Positions 11,529-20,042 of a DNA stretch of 20,075 bases are shown piece after piece. The first letter of the stretch is position 1; each line of letters opens with the position of its first letter. The notes under the pieces are model-generated. The model had not been told where the DNA came from, did not search any database, and was given only the letters and a program-made list of their open reading frames with translations. Made by a program: the position numbers and the translations under genes. The stretch comes from Octopus sinensis (lineage: Eukaryota), in contig NW_021824056.1 of the NCBI RefSeq assembly GCF_006345805.1, forward strand, positions 1 to 20,075. The letters are read 5' to 3'.

Positions 11529-12070
11529 CTGCCCTAATGCAATACCAGGAAGTTGCTCTTATGGCTTCTGATCTTAACTGATTGGAAGTATTATCCTGCA
11601 CATTGTTTTGTCTTGGTATAAAAGATGGGCTACAGCAAATATTCTGCTCAATACCACAGATTTGCTTGTCAGTTGTTTGACCTTAACCAGTTGACCATGT
11701 CCCTTAGTGGATGACAATATGTGCATCTCTGATCACAAGCAGAAGTAGTGGGGGAGCATCATAGCCATGTGTTGAGAGGGATTCTTTGGGGTTTGAATAA
11801 TTCACCTCTGGAATCATGGGTGGTTCGTTCAACATCCTTAAACAACCCTTATTCAGGGAACTTTTGAGCGAGTTGGATTACTCGACCAGAAGAAAATTCT
11901 AAATAGGACCCTCCTGCAAGGTCATGTGCTGTTTATCTTGATATGAGATCACCGTGTCGCACACACATGGTTGTGATGCATTTGCGTGGTGTACATATAT
12001 CAGACGAGTAGCCAAGATGGGTATACTGGGCTTCGTATATTTTACCCCAGCATGCGCTGTTCTCTCACTC
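11529..12070. repeat. Unclassified 542-bp segment bounded by (TAA)n on both sides, probable interspersed repeat
   Basis: Higher GC than the flanking intron, with sharp TAA boundaries and no long ORF. I recall similar sequence as an abundant octopus repeat (unverified). Confidence 0.55.

Positions 12071-12116
<46 letters not shown>
12071..12116. repeat. (TAA)n microsatellite
   Basis: Perfect run of about 15 units. Confidence 0.98.
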
Positions 12117-12118
<2 letters not shown>

Positions 12119-12480
12119 CATTGAAATTGAAGAAAATGTGGCATCTCAAGGCGGTTACAATACCAGTGATCGTAGGAGCACTAGGAATGATCAAGAAGGG
12201 AACCGAAAATTATATGAGAATGATCCCTGGCTTACCATCCCTGCAAGAAGTGCAAAAGATTGTCTTAACTGGTACATCACGTACGTTTGAGAAGAGCATT
12301 GTCGATGTGAGAACTGTTACTGCTCATGCATTTTAATTTAACTTTAAAAAAAAATAAAAAATGAACGAACTACTGAGTTTGGTTTAATGGCCTACCAATA
12401 TACACTGAGTTTCTTTGCCCTAGGAGTCGGGAAGACACTCGGCAAGAAATGGAAGAAAATTTGAAAGAAGAAAAAAAAAG
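12117..12480 (+). mobile_element. Second, severely 5'-truncated R4/Dong-like copy (RLE C-terminus plus 3' UTR)
   Basis: KMWHLKAVTIPVIVGALGMIKKGTENYMRMIPGLPSLQEVQKIVLTGT is homologous to 11113-11270. The 3'-terminal ~65 bp is shared with copy 1. (TAA)n on both sides. Confidence 0.92.
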
Positions 12481-12705
12481 TAATAATAATAATAATAATA
12501 ATGATAATAATAATTCTTTATTTTATTGGCACAAGATTTGAAATTTTGGTGAATAGGTTAGTCGATTACATTGACCAAAGTGCTAAGCTGGTACTTATGT
12601 TATTGATCACGAAATTTGAGAGGTGGAATTGGAGTACAGAATGTAAAGACAGACGAAATGCTGCTAAGCCTTTTGTCCGGCGCGCTAACGATTCCGTGGC
12701 AAGTT
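12481..12705 (-). mobile_element. Degraded tRNA-derived SINE with adjoining (TTA)n run as probable tail
   Basis: GTCGATTACATTGACC...GGTACTTA and GACGAAATGCTGCTAAG...CGCTAACGATTC resemble the family at 15880-16240. On the minus strand the end reads AAAGAATTATTATT. Confidence 0.7.
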
Positions 12706-12938
12706 GCGCAAGTTTGAGAGAGAAAGAGAGAGCGATGTTAGTCTATACTATCGATCTCATTACTCGATCGTTACCTTAACTTATCGACTTCGGAGGGAAG
12801 AAAGGGTTCAACTTTATATTTCATCCCTCATGGGCATCCATACATCCAAGTACTAATCAAGTATCAGGAACTATGGCATCGACTCATTTGCCTCTTCCTA
12901 AAAATGGCTGATTAGATGAGGAGATAGAATAAAATTGA

Positions 12939-13250
12939 ATGAATGTTGAAGAGGAAACTAGTATAGACATGTGGGGTGAGCTATGTTTTTTATATAAAGG
13001 CGAGAGGAGGTTTGCAAGATGTTTTACAAAATCACAATTCAAAATTGCAATTACAAAAATACGAATTAAGAATCGACCACTCATTACTTGGTATTTTTTA
13101 TCATAAAAGTTTTTAAATATGAACAGGAAGCGAGCATAGACATATGGAGGGAGCAAAACCTTTTATATAAAGTCATTAGGAGACGCAGAAGATGTCTTAC
13201 AAAAATACGATTACACCAATTAAAAATTGATCACTTATTACTTGGTATTT
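12939..13250. repeat. Degenerate two-copy direct repeat, ~165-170 bp period
   Basis: Shared blocks ATAGACAT.TGG.G.GAGC, TTTTATATAAAG, AAGATGT.TTACAAAA and CACT.ATTACTTGGTATTT occur at 12960-13097 and again at 13135-13250. Confidence 0.75.
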
Positions 13251-13399
13251 CTGATCATAATGTTATCATCTGACAATAATCATGGTCAATGAGAAAAGGT
13301 TCACCGTCGGTTATGGCGATGAGGGGTTTTGTCGATCCGATTAACCCTTTTGATGCCAATCCGCCCGGAACCGCTTCCATTAATGTAGTTGTCAAGAAA

Positions 13400-13575
13400 A
13401 TTCAGCGTAACACAGAATGTGACAAAGCTGGCCCTATTAAAATACAGGTAGCACTCATTATTTTCTAGCTGTATGGATTCTAGTAGCGTGAAAAAGTGTC
13501 TGGCCTAAGGTATCGACCTCAGGTCCTTACGATGGTGCGTCGAAAACCCGAAAGCACTTATCCACACTCCCTCAC
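13400..13575 (-). mobile_element. Degraded tRNA-derived SINE
   Basis: The minus strand shows eroded A-box-like (GTGTGGATAAGTG) and B-box-like (GAGGTCGATACC) elements at 13505-13575, followed by a SINE-like body. Confidence 0.45.
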
Positions 13576-13768
13576 TGGTCAAATGGAAGAATGCAAGAAT
13601 TAACAATGGAAAGCATTAGATGTAATATTTATAGAAATGTTAGAAGAATTTGGAAATAGTTACAACATGGACTTTTACTGAATGAAATTTATTTAAGCTT
13701 ATATATTTTTTTTCATAATTTTTTATATAAAACAAAATATGTACTGGTTTAAATGTGTTTTCACTTAC

Positions 13769-13892
13769 CTTACAAACAGCTGTTATTTCTGTGCTATATG
13801 CTTTGAACCCAGCAAGAAAGATAAGATAAGTGGCAGCTAAAGAAATGCACAAATTTACTAAAATCTTTGAAGCTATTACTTTCCATAGGTTT
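13769..13892 (-). CDS. Adhesion GPCR exon 4 in window: ICL1-TM2-ECL1
   Basis: Acceptor T-run CCTTATTTCAG; 124 bp; (K)NLWKVIASKILVNLCISLAATYLIFLAGFKAYSTEITAVCK; donor GTAAGT. The phase-2 start matches the preceding exon and the phase-0 end matches the next. Confidence 0.95.
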
Positions 13893-14363
13893 CTGAAATA
13901 AGGAAAAAAAAAAAGAAATAATAATAATATTGTATTTAATTAACATAAACCTAAAAGAAATTGCTCAATGCATCAAAAATTAACTACAACTGTGTATATC
14001 GATGATAGTCATTCGAAATATAAATGAGATATGAAATATTTATTTAGAATTTGTATATAGACATGTGTAAAATAGCTGTGTATAATGATCTGTATGAGAT
14101 ATAAAACATTATGTTTATTGTTTATTGTGCTGACTGGGTAGGTTTGGTTGTTTATGATGGTAGTTCTTTATAGTCAAAGAACAAGTCAGGTATCTGTACA
14201 TGTTACATTAAACGTAGGACGCGATGCTGTACACACATAATATACATTGTTGGTACATTCGTAGCAATGCTATATTATATTTGTAGGTTTTAGTCGGTGA
14301 TAGATTCAATGTACAGTTGTAGGAATTACATTACAATATCTTTGTAGCAATAAAAGTAAGAAT

Positions 14364-14409
14364 CAGCCGGACTAGTTTCAATTTTATGTTGGGATTTCAT
14401 CAGCGACTG
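14364..14409 (-). ncRNA. Minimal type I hammerhead ribozyme motif (Penelope/retrozyme type)
   Basis: Minus strand reads CAGUCG CUGAUGA AAU-CCCAACAUAAA-AUU GAAA C UA G UC^CGGCUG. The conserved core is complete, with a 6-bp stem I (one G.U), a 3-bp stem II, a palindromic stem III (ACUAGU) and a GUC cleavage triplet. Confidence 0.8.
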
Positions 14410-14691
14410 GATAATTTCTTTAACTCTCCACGGAGAGAGTTGTAAGCCAGCTATCGCTAAAAGTTTAAGGACATCTGCTTGACCAATCTGTGTGTAGAAT
14501 ACATTCTTAGAAGCTAGTTTGATTATTATTTAGTTTATTGTTGTATAGGGAATCTGTATACCCCGTGATTGGCTAAGTGAACAATACTAGTTAGTATAAA
14601 TGAGCATGCGCAGAACAGTCTGATAAGAGGTGTCATATGCGCCAATTTCTAGAGAAGTTTTGTTTTTCAACGCTAATAGGACCGTGAAGGT

Positions 14692-15095
14692 ATTGTTGTT
14701 ACTGCGTGTGCGGATGACATCACCATAATCGTGTCTGATGAATGGCAGCTACCTTGTGTAGGAAACGCCATCCAACGATACGAAACGGTGGCATGAGCAG
14801 AAATAAACCACAATAAGTCACTCGGCTTGCAACTCGGCACCTGGAGCGAAAAGTTGAACGGAAGATCCTGTTAAAACGCTAGGGGCCTGTTTCCTGACCT
14901 TCAGATAGAGAAGAATTGGTGTGACATCACAAACAAGATGACTGCCTTAATCCGGACCTGGTCTGGAAGGGCGTTATCTCTGCTAGGACGGGCGGAGGCG
15001 ACACAGATGTACATAGCTTCTGTTATCACCTACCGCCTGACAGTTGTGCCGTACCCTGTTTCGTGGCTGAGCAATTTGGAGCGCTTCCTCTTCTG
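14692..15095 (+). mobile_element. Internal RT fragment of a second Tx1-like LINE
   Basis: VTACADDITIIVSDEWQL...NKSLGLQLGTW...EKNWCDITNKMTALIRTWSGR...ITYRLTVVPYPVSWLSNLER parallels the 2970-3395 minus-strand region of the large element. It contains a stop and a deletion. Confidence 0.9.
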
Positions 15096-15559
15096 TAGGG
15101 ACTGACCACATCTGTGGCGCTCTGTCTGCTGTTAAATATGACTTTCTGAACAGCTGTATAGGTTATTATGTTTGATGGTATTTCCATTGTTATTTTTATA
15201 ACTAATTAACAAATGTGAGTCGAACACAGTACATAGATTAGTGAGATGATATATGAAAAGGTAGACGTTTTCTTTTTGCAAAGTAATAGAAGGCCTTGGG
15301 AATGAGTCTAATTTCTTTACAGTGGTTTAGGTTTCCCCATCTATCTTCCGGTTAGTAATGAGAAATCACATGCAATTCTGGTTATTGTTTTTACTCTTAT
15401 AGTGTAGTTGTTGACCTTGGAATTCTCTTCACATCCATGATTTTCCTGCAGACATCTGCCTCGTCATGCTTACCAGTGTGTAGAGACCTACAAACTGATG
15501 GACACTGTCTCAATGCATTTGAATAGTTTATAAAAGGAAATAGAAATTGAAATGCTTAC

Positions 15560-15681
15560 TTGAAATAAACATGAATTATTACTGTCAGAATGAGACAGAC
15601 AAATGATATTCCGGAACCAATGTTAGAAAGAATAGACAAGAGTTGAATATTCTTTAAAGCTCCTTCATTCTGGTAGACGTT
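15560..15681 (-). CDS. Adhesion GPCR exon 3 in window: stalk end and TM1
   Basis: Acceptor TTGTTTGTTTCTATTGCAG; 122 bp; NVYQNEGALKNIQLLSILSNIGSGISFVCLILTVIIHVYF plus AA; donor GTAAGC. Confidence 0.94.
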
Positions 15682-15879
15682 CTGCAATAGAAACAAACAA
15701 CAACGTATTATCCTCTCCTCCTCTTCCTTTCTTATATGCTAAGTCATTACTTATATAAATTATGAGTGTTCATATAGGCGGGACCATCTCCTATTACATG
15801 TAACATGATACTTAATTACAATATGAAGCACTACTATATATATAATGTATGTAAGCGACATCTGAGTCCAGGTAGAATA

Positions 15880-16245
15880 TACCTATTTCTTTATTACCCA
15901 CAAGGGGCTAAACACAGAGGGGACAAACAAAGACAGACATAGTTATTGAGTCGATATATCGACCCCAGTGCGTAACTGGTGCTTATTTAATCGACCCCGA
16001 AAGGATGAAAGGCAAAGTTGACCTCGGCGGAATTTGAACTCAGAACGTAACGACAGACGAAATACCTATTTCTTTATTACTCAAAGGGGCTAAACACAGA
16101 GGGGACAAACAAGGACAGACATAGTTATTAAGTCGATTATATCGACCCCAGTGCGTAACTGGTACTTATTTAATCGACCCCGAAAGGATGAAAGGCAAAG
16201 TCGACCTCGGCGGAATTTGAACTCACAACGTAACGACGGGTATAT
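15880..16245 (-). mobile_element. Head-to-tail dimer of a 5'-truncated tRNA-derived SINE with target-site duplication
   Basis: Two near-identical units start at 15880 and 16063 (183-bp period). The B box GAGTTCAAATTCC is on the minus strand. The direct repeat TCCAGGTAGAATATACC lies at 15867-15883 and 16246-16262. Confidence 0.93.
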
Positions 16246-17158
16246 TCCAGGTAGAATATACCATCAGCGTTTAAACCTTGAGTTCAAATTCACTGAACGT
16301 GTATCTTATGTTATCAGTACAACTAATTCAAGGTGTATCACTGAAACGATCTGTTAACTGAGGACCGATGTACGACGTGAAATATGAGATGAATAATTAA
16401 CTAGATACATTTAAAATGTGAAATTGGAATTATTTTGGTAATAAAAACAATAGAAACGAAAACAGTAATAAAGACAAGTTGAATCAGTAGTGTTCCTGAA
16501 AACACTGATAATGATAGAAACAACATCCGTGACCTGATTATTTAATCTCCGTCATTGTGATGTCAGGTGATAATAGAACCAGTATGGAGTGTACTAACAT
16601 ATTGGGTGAGTTCAACTCTTCGCTTAGGCTAAAATATGTATAATATATAGGGATGTGGTTTTTATGGTTAATAGGAGTGTTGTAAAAACTGATAGATATT
16701 GGATACATGTGGATTATTGACACAAATTGTCAGTTAAATGAGAGGAGAGATCTTGTAAGAGAATCATGAAACGACTAATGATTAAAATTCTAAGCTGCAA
16801 ACATGTTTATTGTGCTATTAAATATCTATCACTTAGAGTAACAGTCTGAGAGTTTCGAAGCAATAGATATTAATTCCAGGAGAGATGACTGTTTCTGTCC
16901 TTCACATCCGTGTTGGAAGAAATCTCACGCATTTTATTGAGGATGGCGACTTGGTGCACCAAACGGACCCATCGTGAGTTTAAAAATAAACAACACAGCC
17001 GTAGCAGCAAGAACAACAGTGACTTATTACAAAATATCAATGTCACATATTTACTGAAATATCCACCAACATGAAATTTAATAGGCGTTGAAATTATTTA
17101 TCCATAGACACAATTGCCAATTTACAGGCAGTTAACAACACGCCATAATGTTACCAAC

Positions 17159-17299
17159 CATTAGTATAGCAAAACTTGTAAGATGGTTACAGGAACAAAC
17201 TACTTTCTTCCTAGGTACATAGCGGGACATATTACAGCCTTTTGTCGCCCAATGTTCGGAGGATTCATCCCAGTAGACACATTGGGGGTTGATGGCATT
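17159..17299 (-). CDS. Adhesion GPCR exon 2 in window: GPS motif
   Basis: Acceptor ATTTTTTCCAG; 141 bp; NAINPQCVYWDESSEHWATKGCNMSRYVPRKKVVCSCNHLTSFAILM; donor GTTGGT. Contains the C-x2-W...W-x3-GC...C-x-C-x-HL|T consensus. Confidence 0.97.
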
Positions 17300-17574
17300 C
17301 TGGAAAAAATATAAATTCTGATATTTTAATCAAGTAATTAAAATACATATAATGAATCATTACTAAGCTAAGTTTATAAATGTTTAATTATTACTGACAC
17401 TGTGAGCGTATATATATATCTATGTATATTCTCCTAATTTATATTGCATCACTATAACAATGACAGAAGAGATTAGTTAGTGTAGTTCTAGAAATGTTAA
17501 ATGAACTAAATATCGTGATGTTCACGATTGTAATGTGTTTTATAATAGGTCTACAAGGTTAAGCATGGCATGAA

Positions 17575-17835
17575 GATAAACAACAAGAACAGGATAAAGA
17601 AGAGCAACAACAACAGCAACAACAACAACTGTCAACGAAATCCCGAAGAAATTAACCAAATTTAAAATACACAGCCGCAATCAATGAAAACAATATACAT
17701 ATTAAAACAATATACTGGCGATACTAAAATACAACACAAATAACTGGAAACATGTCCATGACACACATTATAAAGATATCGTTATAATTGTCACTTGCAA
17801 CAGCTAAAACAACAACAACTACTGCAACAACTACT
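17575..17835. repeat. Imperfect (CAA)n microsatellite patches
   Basis: CAA-rich runs at ~17580-17630 and ~17808-17835. Confidence 0.75.
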
Positions 17836-17952
17836 ACTTGTACTATTTGTAGCGCCGTGGTCCATGTTTATTTCAGGAGGAATTAAGTATGTCCTTGAAA
17901 TGAAAAGAAACAACGAGAACAACAACAGCGATAATAAATAGATATTTATTAC

Positions 17953-18087
17953 CGGATCTGTTACATGGAGTGATATTCTAATTGGTTCATCAAGATTGGT
18001 GACTGGTTCATGAACGTTAGGAATATTTACAGCAAAAATATGGCTGTTAATTTTAGTATTTGCTTTGGTATTAGATTTGTGTTGTAC
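17953..18087 (-). CDS. Adhesion GPCR exon 1 in window: GAIN subdomain B
   Basis: Branch-like CTAAC plus CTTCCCTTTACAG acceptor; 135 bp, phase 0-0; VQHKSNTKANTKINSHIFAVNIPNVHEPVTNLDEPIRISLHVTDP; donor GTAATA. Resembles the NS.V.S...NL.EPV.I strands preceding GPS in ADGRG-like receptors. Confidence 0.9.
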
Positions 18088-18499
18088 CTGTAAAGGGAAG
18101 CCGTTAGATAAAGTATTTAGTTTCATAGAAAAGTTTATTAACTACATCGTTAAAGCATGAAACCAGAGTAGTACTTCGACATCATTAAATCATATCATCA
18201 CTTCAGTCAGTACAACAGATCAACACAATATATATTAGATGGAAATTCACAGCTGAGGGTTGTCCTGGCTTTAAGAAATTTTATTCGGTTTTACATCCAA
18301 ACAGTTAACAATAAAAGTTGCTGGTATGACTGTGTACTTAAGAAGGTCTCTTGGTTATCACCGTCACAGAAATATCATTACCTGTGTTCAACGTCCTTGG
18401 ATATTCACCATGGGATAAGTGATTTCTACAACACCTTCTGGTTGTCAAGAATACTGTGAGAGGAATTTGGTGGCTAAACCCGCTGAAGATAACGCTTGC

Positions 18500-18501
<2 letters not shown>

Positions 18502-18539
<38 letters not shown>
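18502..18539. repeat. (TA)n microsatellite
   Basis: Read directly. Confidence 0.97.
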
Positions 18540-18542
<3 letters not shown>

Positions 18543-18744
18543 AAAAAGGAGATGTGGAACACGAGTTGTGATATATAGAAAAAGGAAGTGTAGAAAATGC
18601 TGACAAAATAATTTAAGTAAGGGAGAGTGTATTTAATTAGGTGAAAGTTCTTTTTACCGGTTGCGCATTTGTTATGCTTATCAAAAGATATTTTTTTAAG
18701 AGAGATAGAGTTCCTTTCTGATAGATTTTTTTCTCTTATATATA

Positions 18745-18863
18745 TTGGCCTGCTCGCTTAACCAGCGGGGTGGCGTCATTCGAAGGCTAAAACAATGCGA
18801 ACGCATTGTGACCAGCGATGTGTAACAACATCTGATGGTCTGGTCGGTCACGTGATCACGTGA
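18745..18863 (+). mobile_element. 3' half of a SINE-like repeat (family of 18968-19179)
   Basis: TTGGCCTGCTCGCTTA...TCACGTGATCACGTGA matches 19057-19179. TA tracts on both sides. Confidence 0.85.
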
Positions 18864-18967
18864 TATATATTATATATATATATATATATATATTATATAT
18901 GTATGTATGTATGCATATGTATATGCTTTGTATATATATTATATATATATACATATGTGTGTGTGTG

Positions 18968-19179
18968 TGGAGGTGCAATGGCCCAGTGGTTACGGCAGGG
19001 GCGGAAGCGATCCCTGCTGTACTCTTTCGTCACAACTTTCTCTCACTCTCTCTTCTGTTGGTCTGCTCGCTTAGCCAGCGGAGTGGCGTCATTTGAAGGC
19101 TAAAACAGTGCGAAGCGCATCGTGACCAGCGATGAGTAGCAACATCTGATAGCCTGGTCGGTCGCGGTGATCACGGTGA
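18968..19179 (+). mobile_element. SINE-like repeat with tRNA A box but no B box
   Basis: The head TGGAGGTGCAATGGCCCAGTGGTTA runs directly into GGCAGGGGCGG. The body is shared with 18745-18863 and, inverted, with 19875-20042. Confidence 0.85.
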
Positions 19180-19190
19180 TATATATATAT

Positions 19191-19247
<57 letters not shown>

Positions 19248-19258
19248 ATATATATATA
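19180..19258. repeat. (TA)n microsatellite, imperfect
   Basis: Read directly. Confidence 0.95.
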
Positions 19259-19301
19259 CATGGTGAGAAAAGCGTTTAATTCTTTCAGACGATATAGTAT
19301 C

Positions 19302-19674
19302 ATCTGGAGCATCGCTTTTAGTCGAGCAACTCGACCCCGGGACATATTCTTTGTAAGCCCAGTACTTATTGTATCGGTCTCTTTAGCCGAACCGCTAAGT
19401 AACGGGGACATAACCACACCACCATCGGTTGTCATGCAATGCTAGGGGGACAAACACAGACACACAAACACACACATGCATATATATATCATATAATATA
19501 TATATATATATATAGGACGGGTTTCTTTCAGTTTCCGTCTACCAAATCCACTCACAAGGCTTTGGTCGGCCTGAGGCTATAGTAGAAGACACTTGCCCAA
19601 GATGCCACGCAGTGAGACTGAACCCGGAACCATGTGGTGGTAAGCAAGCTACTTACCACACAGCCTCCTGCGCC
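19302..19674 (-). mobile_element. Near full-length tRNA-derived SINE with internal (TA)/(TG) tract
   Basis: Minus-strand head GGCGCAGGAGGCTGTGTGGTAAG (A box) and GGGTTCAGTCTC (B-box variant). The body matches 6777-6990. Confidence 0.9.
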
Positions 19675-19874
19675 TATGTATGTATGTATATGCACACATA
19701 CACACACACATACGACAAAGACATGGGATAAACAAGCTTTAATTACAAATTGCAATATTTATTTCTGTGCAGTGGCAATAGCAGCACGGCTCTGAGTTCT
19801 GAGTCCCACACACTAATTAATTCATTCATTCATAATATATTCCATAAAGTCATTTTCAAAAAGAAATTCTCCTC

Positions 19875-20042
19875 TATCACGATGGTCACAATGCGCTTCG
19901 CATTGTTTTAGCCTTCAATGACGCCACCCCGCTGGCTAAGCGAGCAAACCAACAGAAGAAAAAGTGAGAGAAAGTTGTGACGAAAGAGTATAGCAGGGAT
20001 CGCCTCCGCCCCTGCCCTAACCACTGGGCCATTGCACCTCCA
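19875..20042 (-). mobile_element. Inverted copy of the 18968-19179 SINE-like repeat, with an internal deletion near its 3' end
   Basis: The reverse complement aligns from the head through GTGACC, then jumps to ATCGTGATA. Confidence 0.87.

Noticed and set aside
11553-11590. Weak resemblance to the U2 snRNA 5' end on the minus strand
   Set aside because: Only about 9 scattered matches, with no branch-pairing or Sm site.
11329-11601. ORFs with poly-Ile or Tyr-Ile runs (also 18338-18562, 18860-19103)
   Set aside because: They are translations of (TAA)n and (TA)n microsatellites.
13341-13385. TTAACCCTTT as a piggyBac-like or MITE terminus
   Set aside because: No matching downstream AAAGGGTTAA end was found. 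At most it is a truncated end.
14730-14785. CTGATGA...GAAAC resembling a second hammerhead
   Set aside because: It lies in Tx1 RT codons and has no stem II, no NUH triplet and no stem I.
15403-15526. Plus-strand reading VVVDLGILFTSMIFLQTSASSCLPVC after an AG
   Set aside because: It is short, has no convincing donor, lies antisense within the GPCR intron, and has no supporting neighbouring exons.
16353-16402. CTGAGGA...GAAA with GTTAA/TTAAC arms
   Set aside because: Stem II does not close and the register at the cleavage site is off by one. It is likely chance.
16560-16960. Faint LINE endonuclease-like words (ILGEFNS, LNERRD)
   Set aside because: There are too many stops and too little similarity to support a call without a profile search.
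18382-18482. Possible further upstream GPCR exon (good AG and GT sites on the minus strand)
   Set aside because: The frame needed to join the phase-0 GAIN exon contains stops, and no GAIN-like motif is evident.
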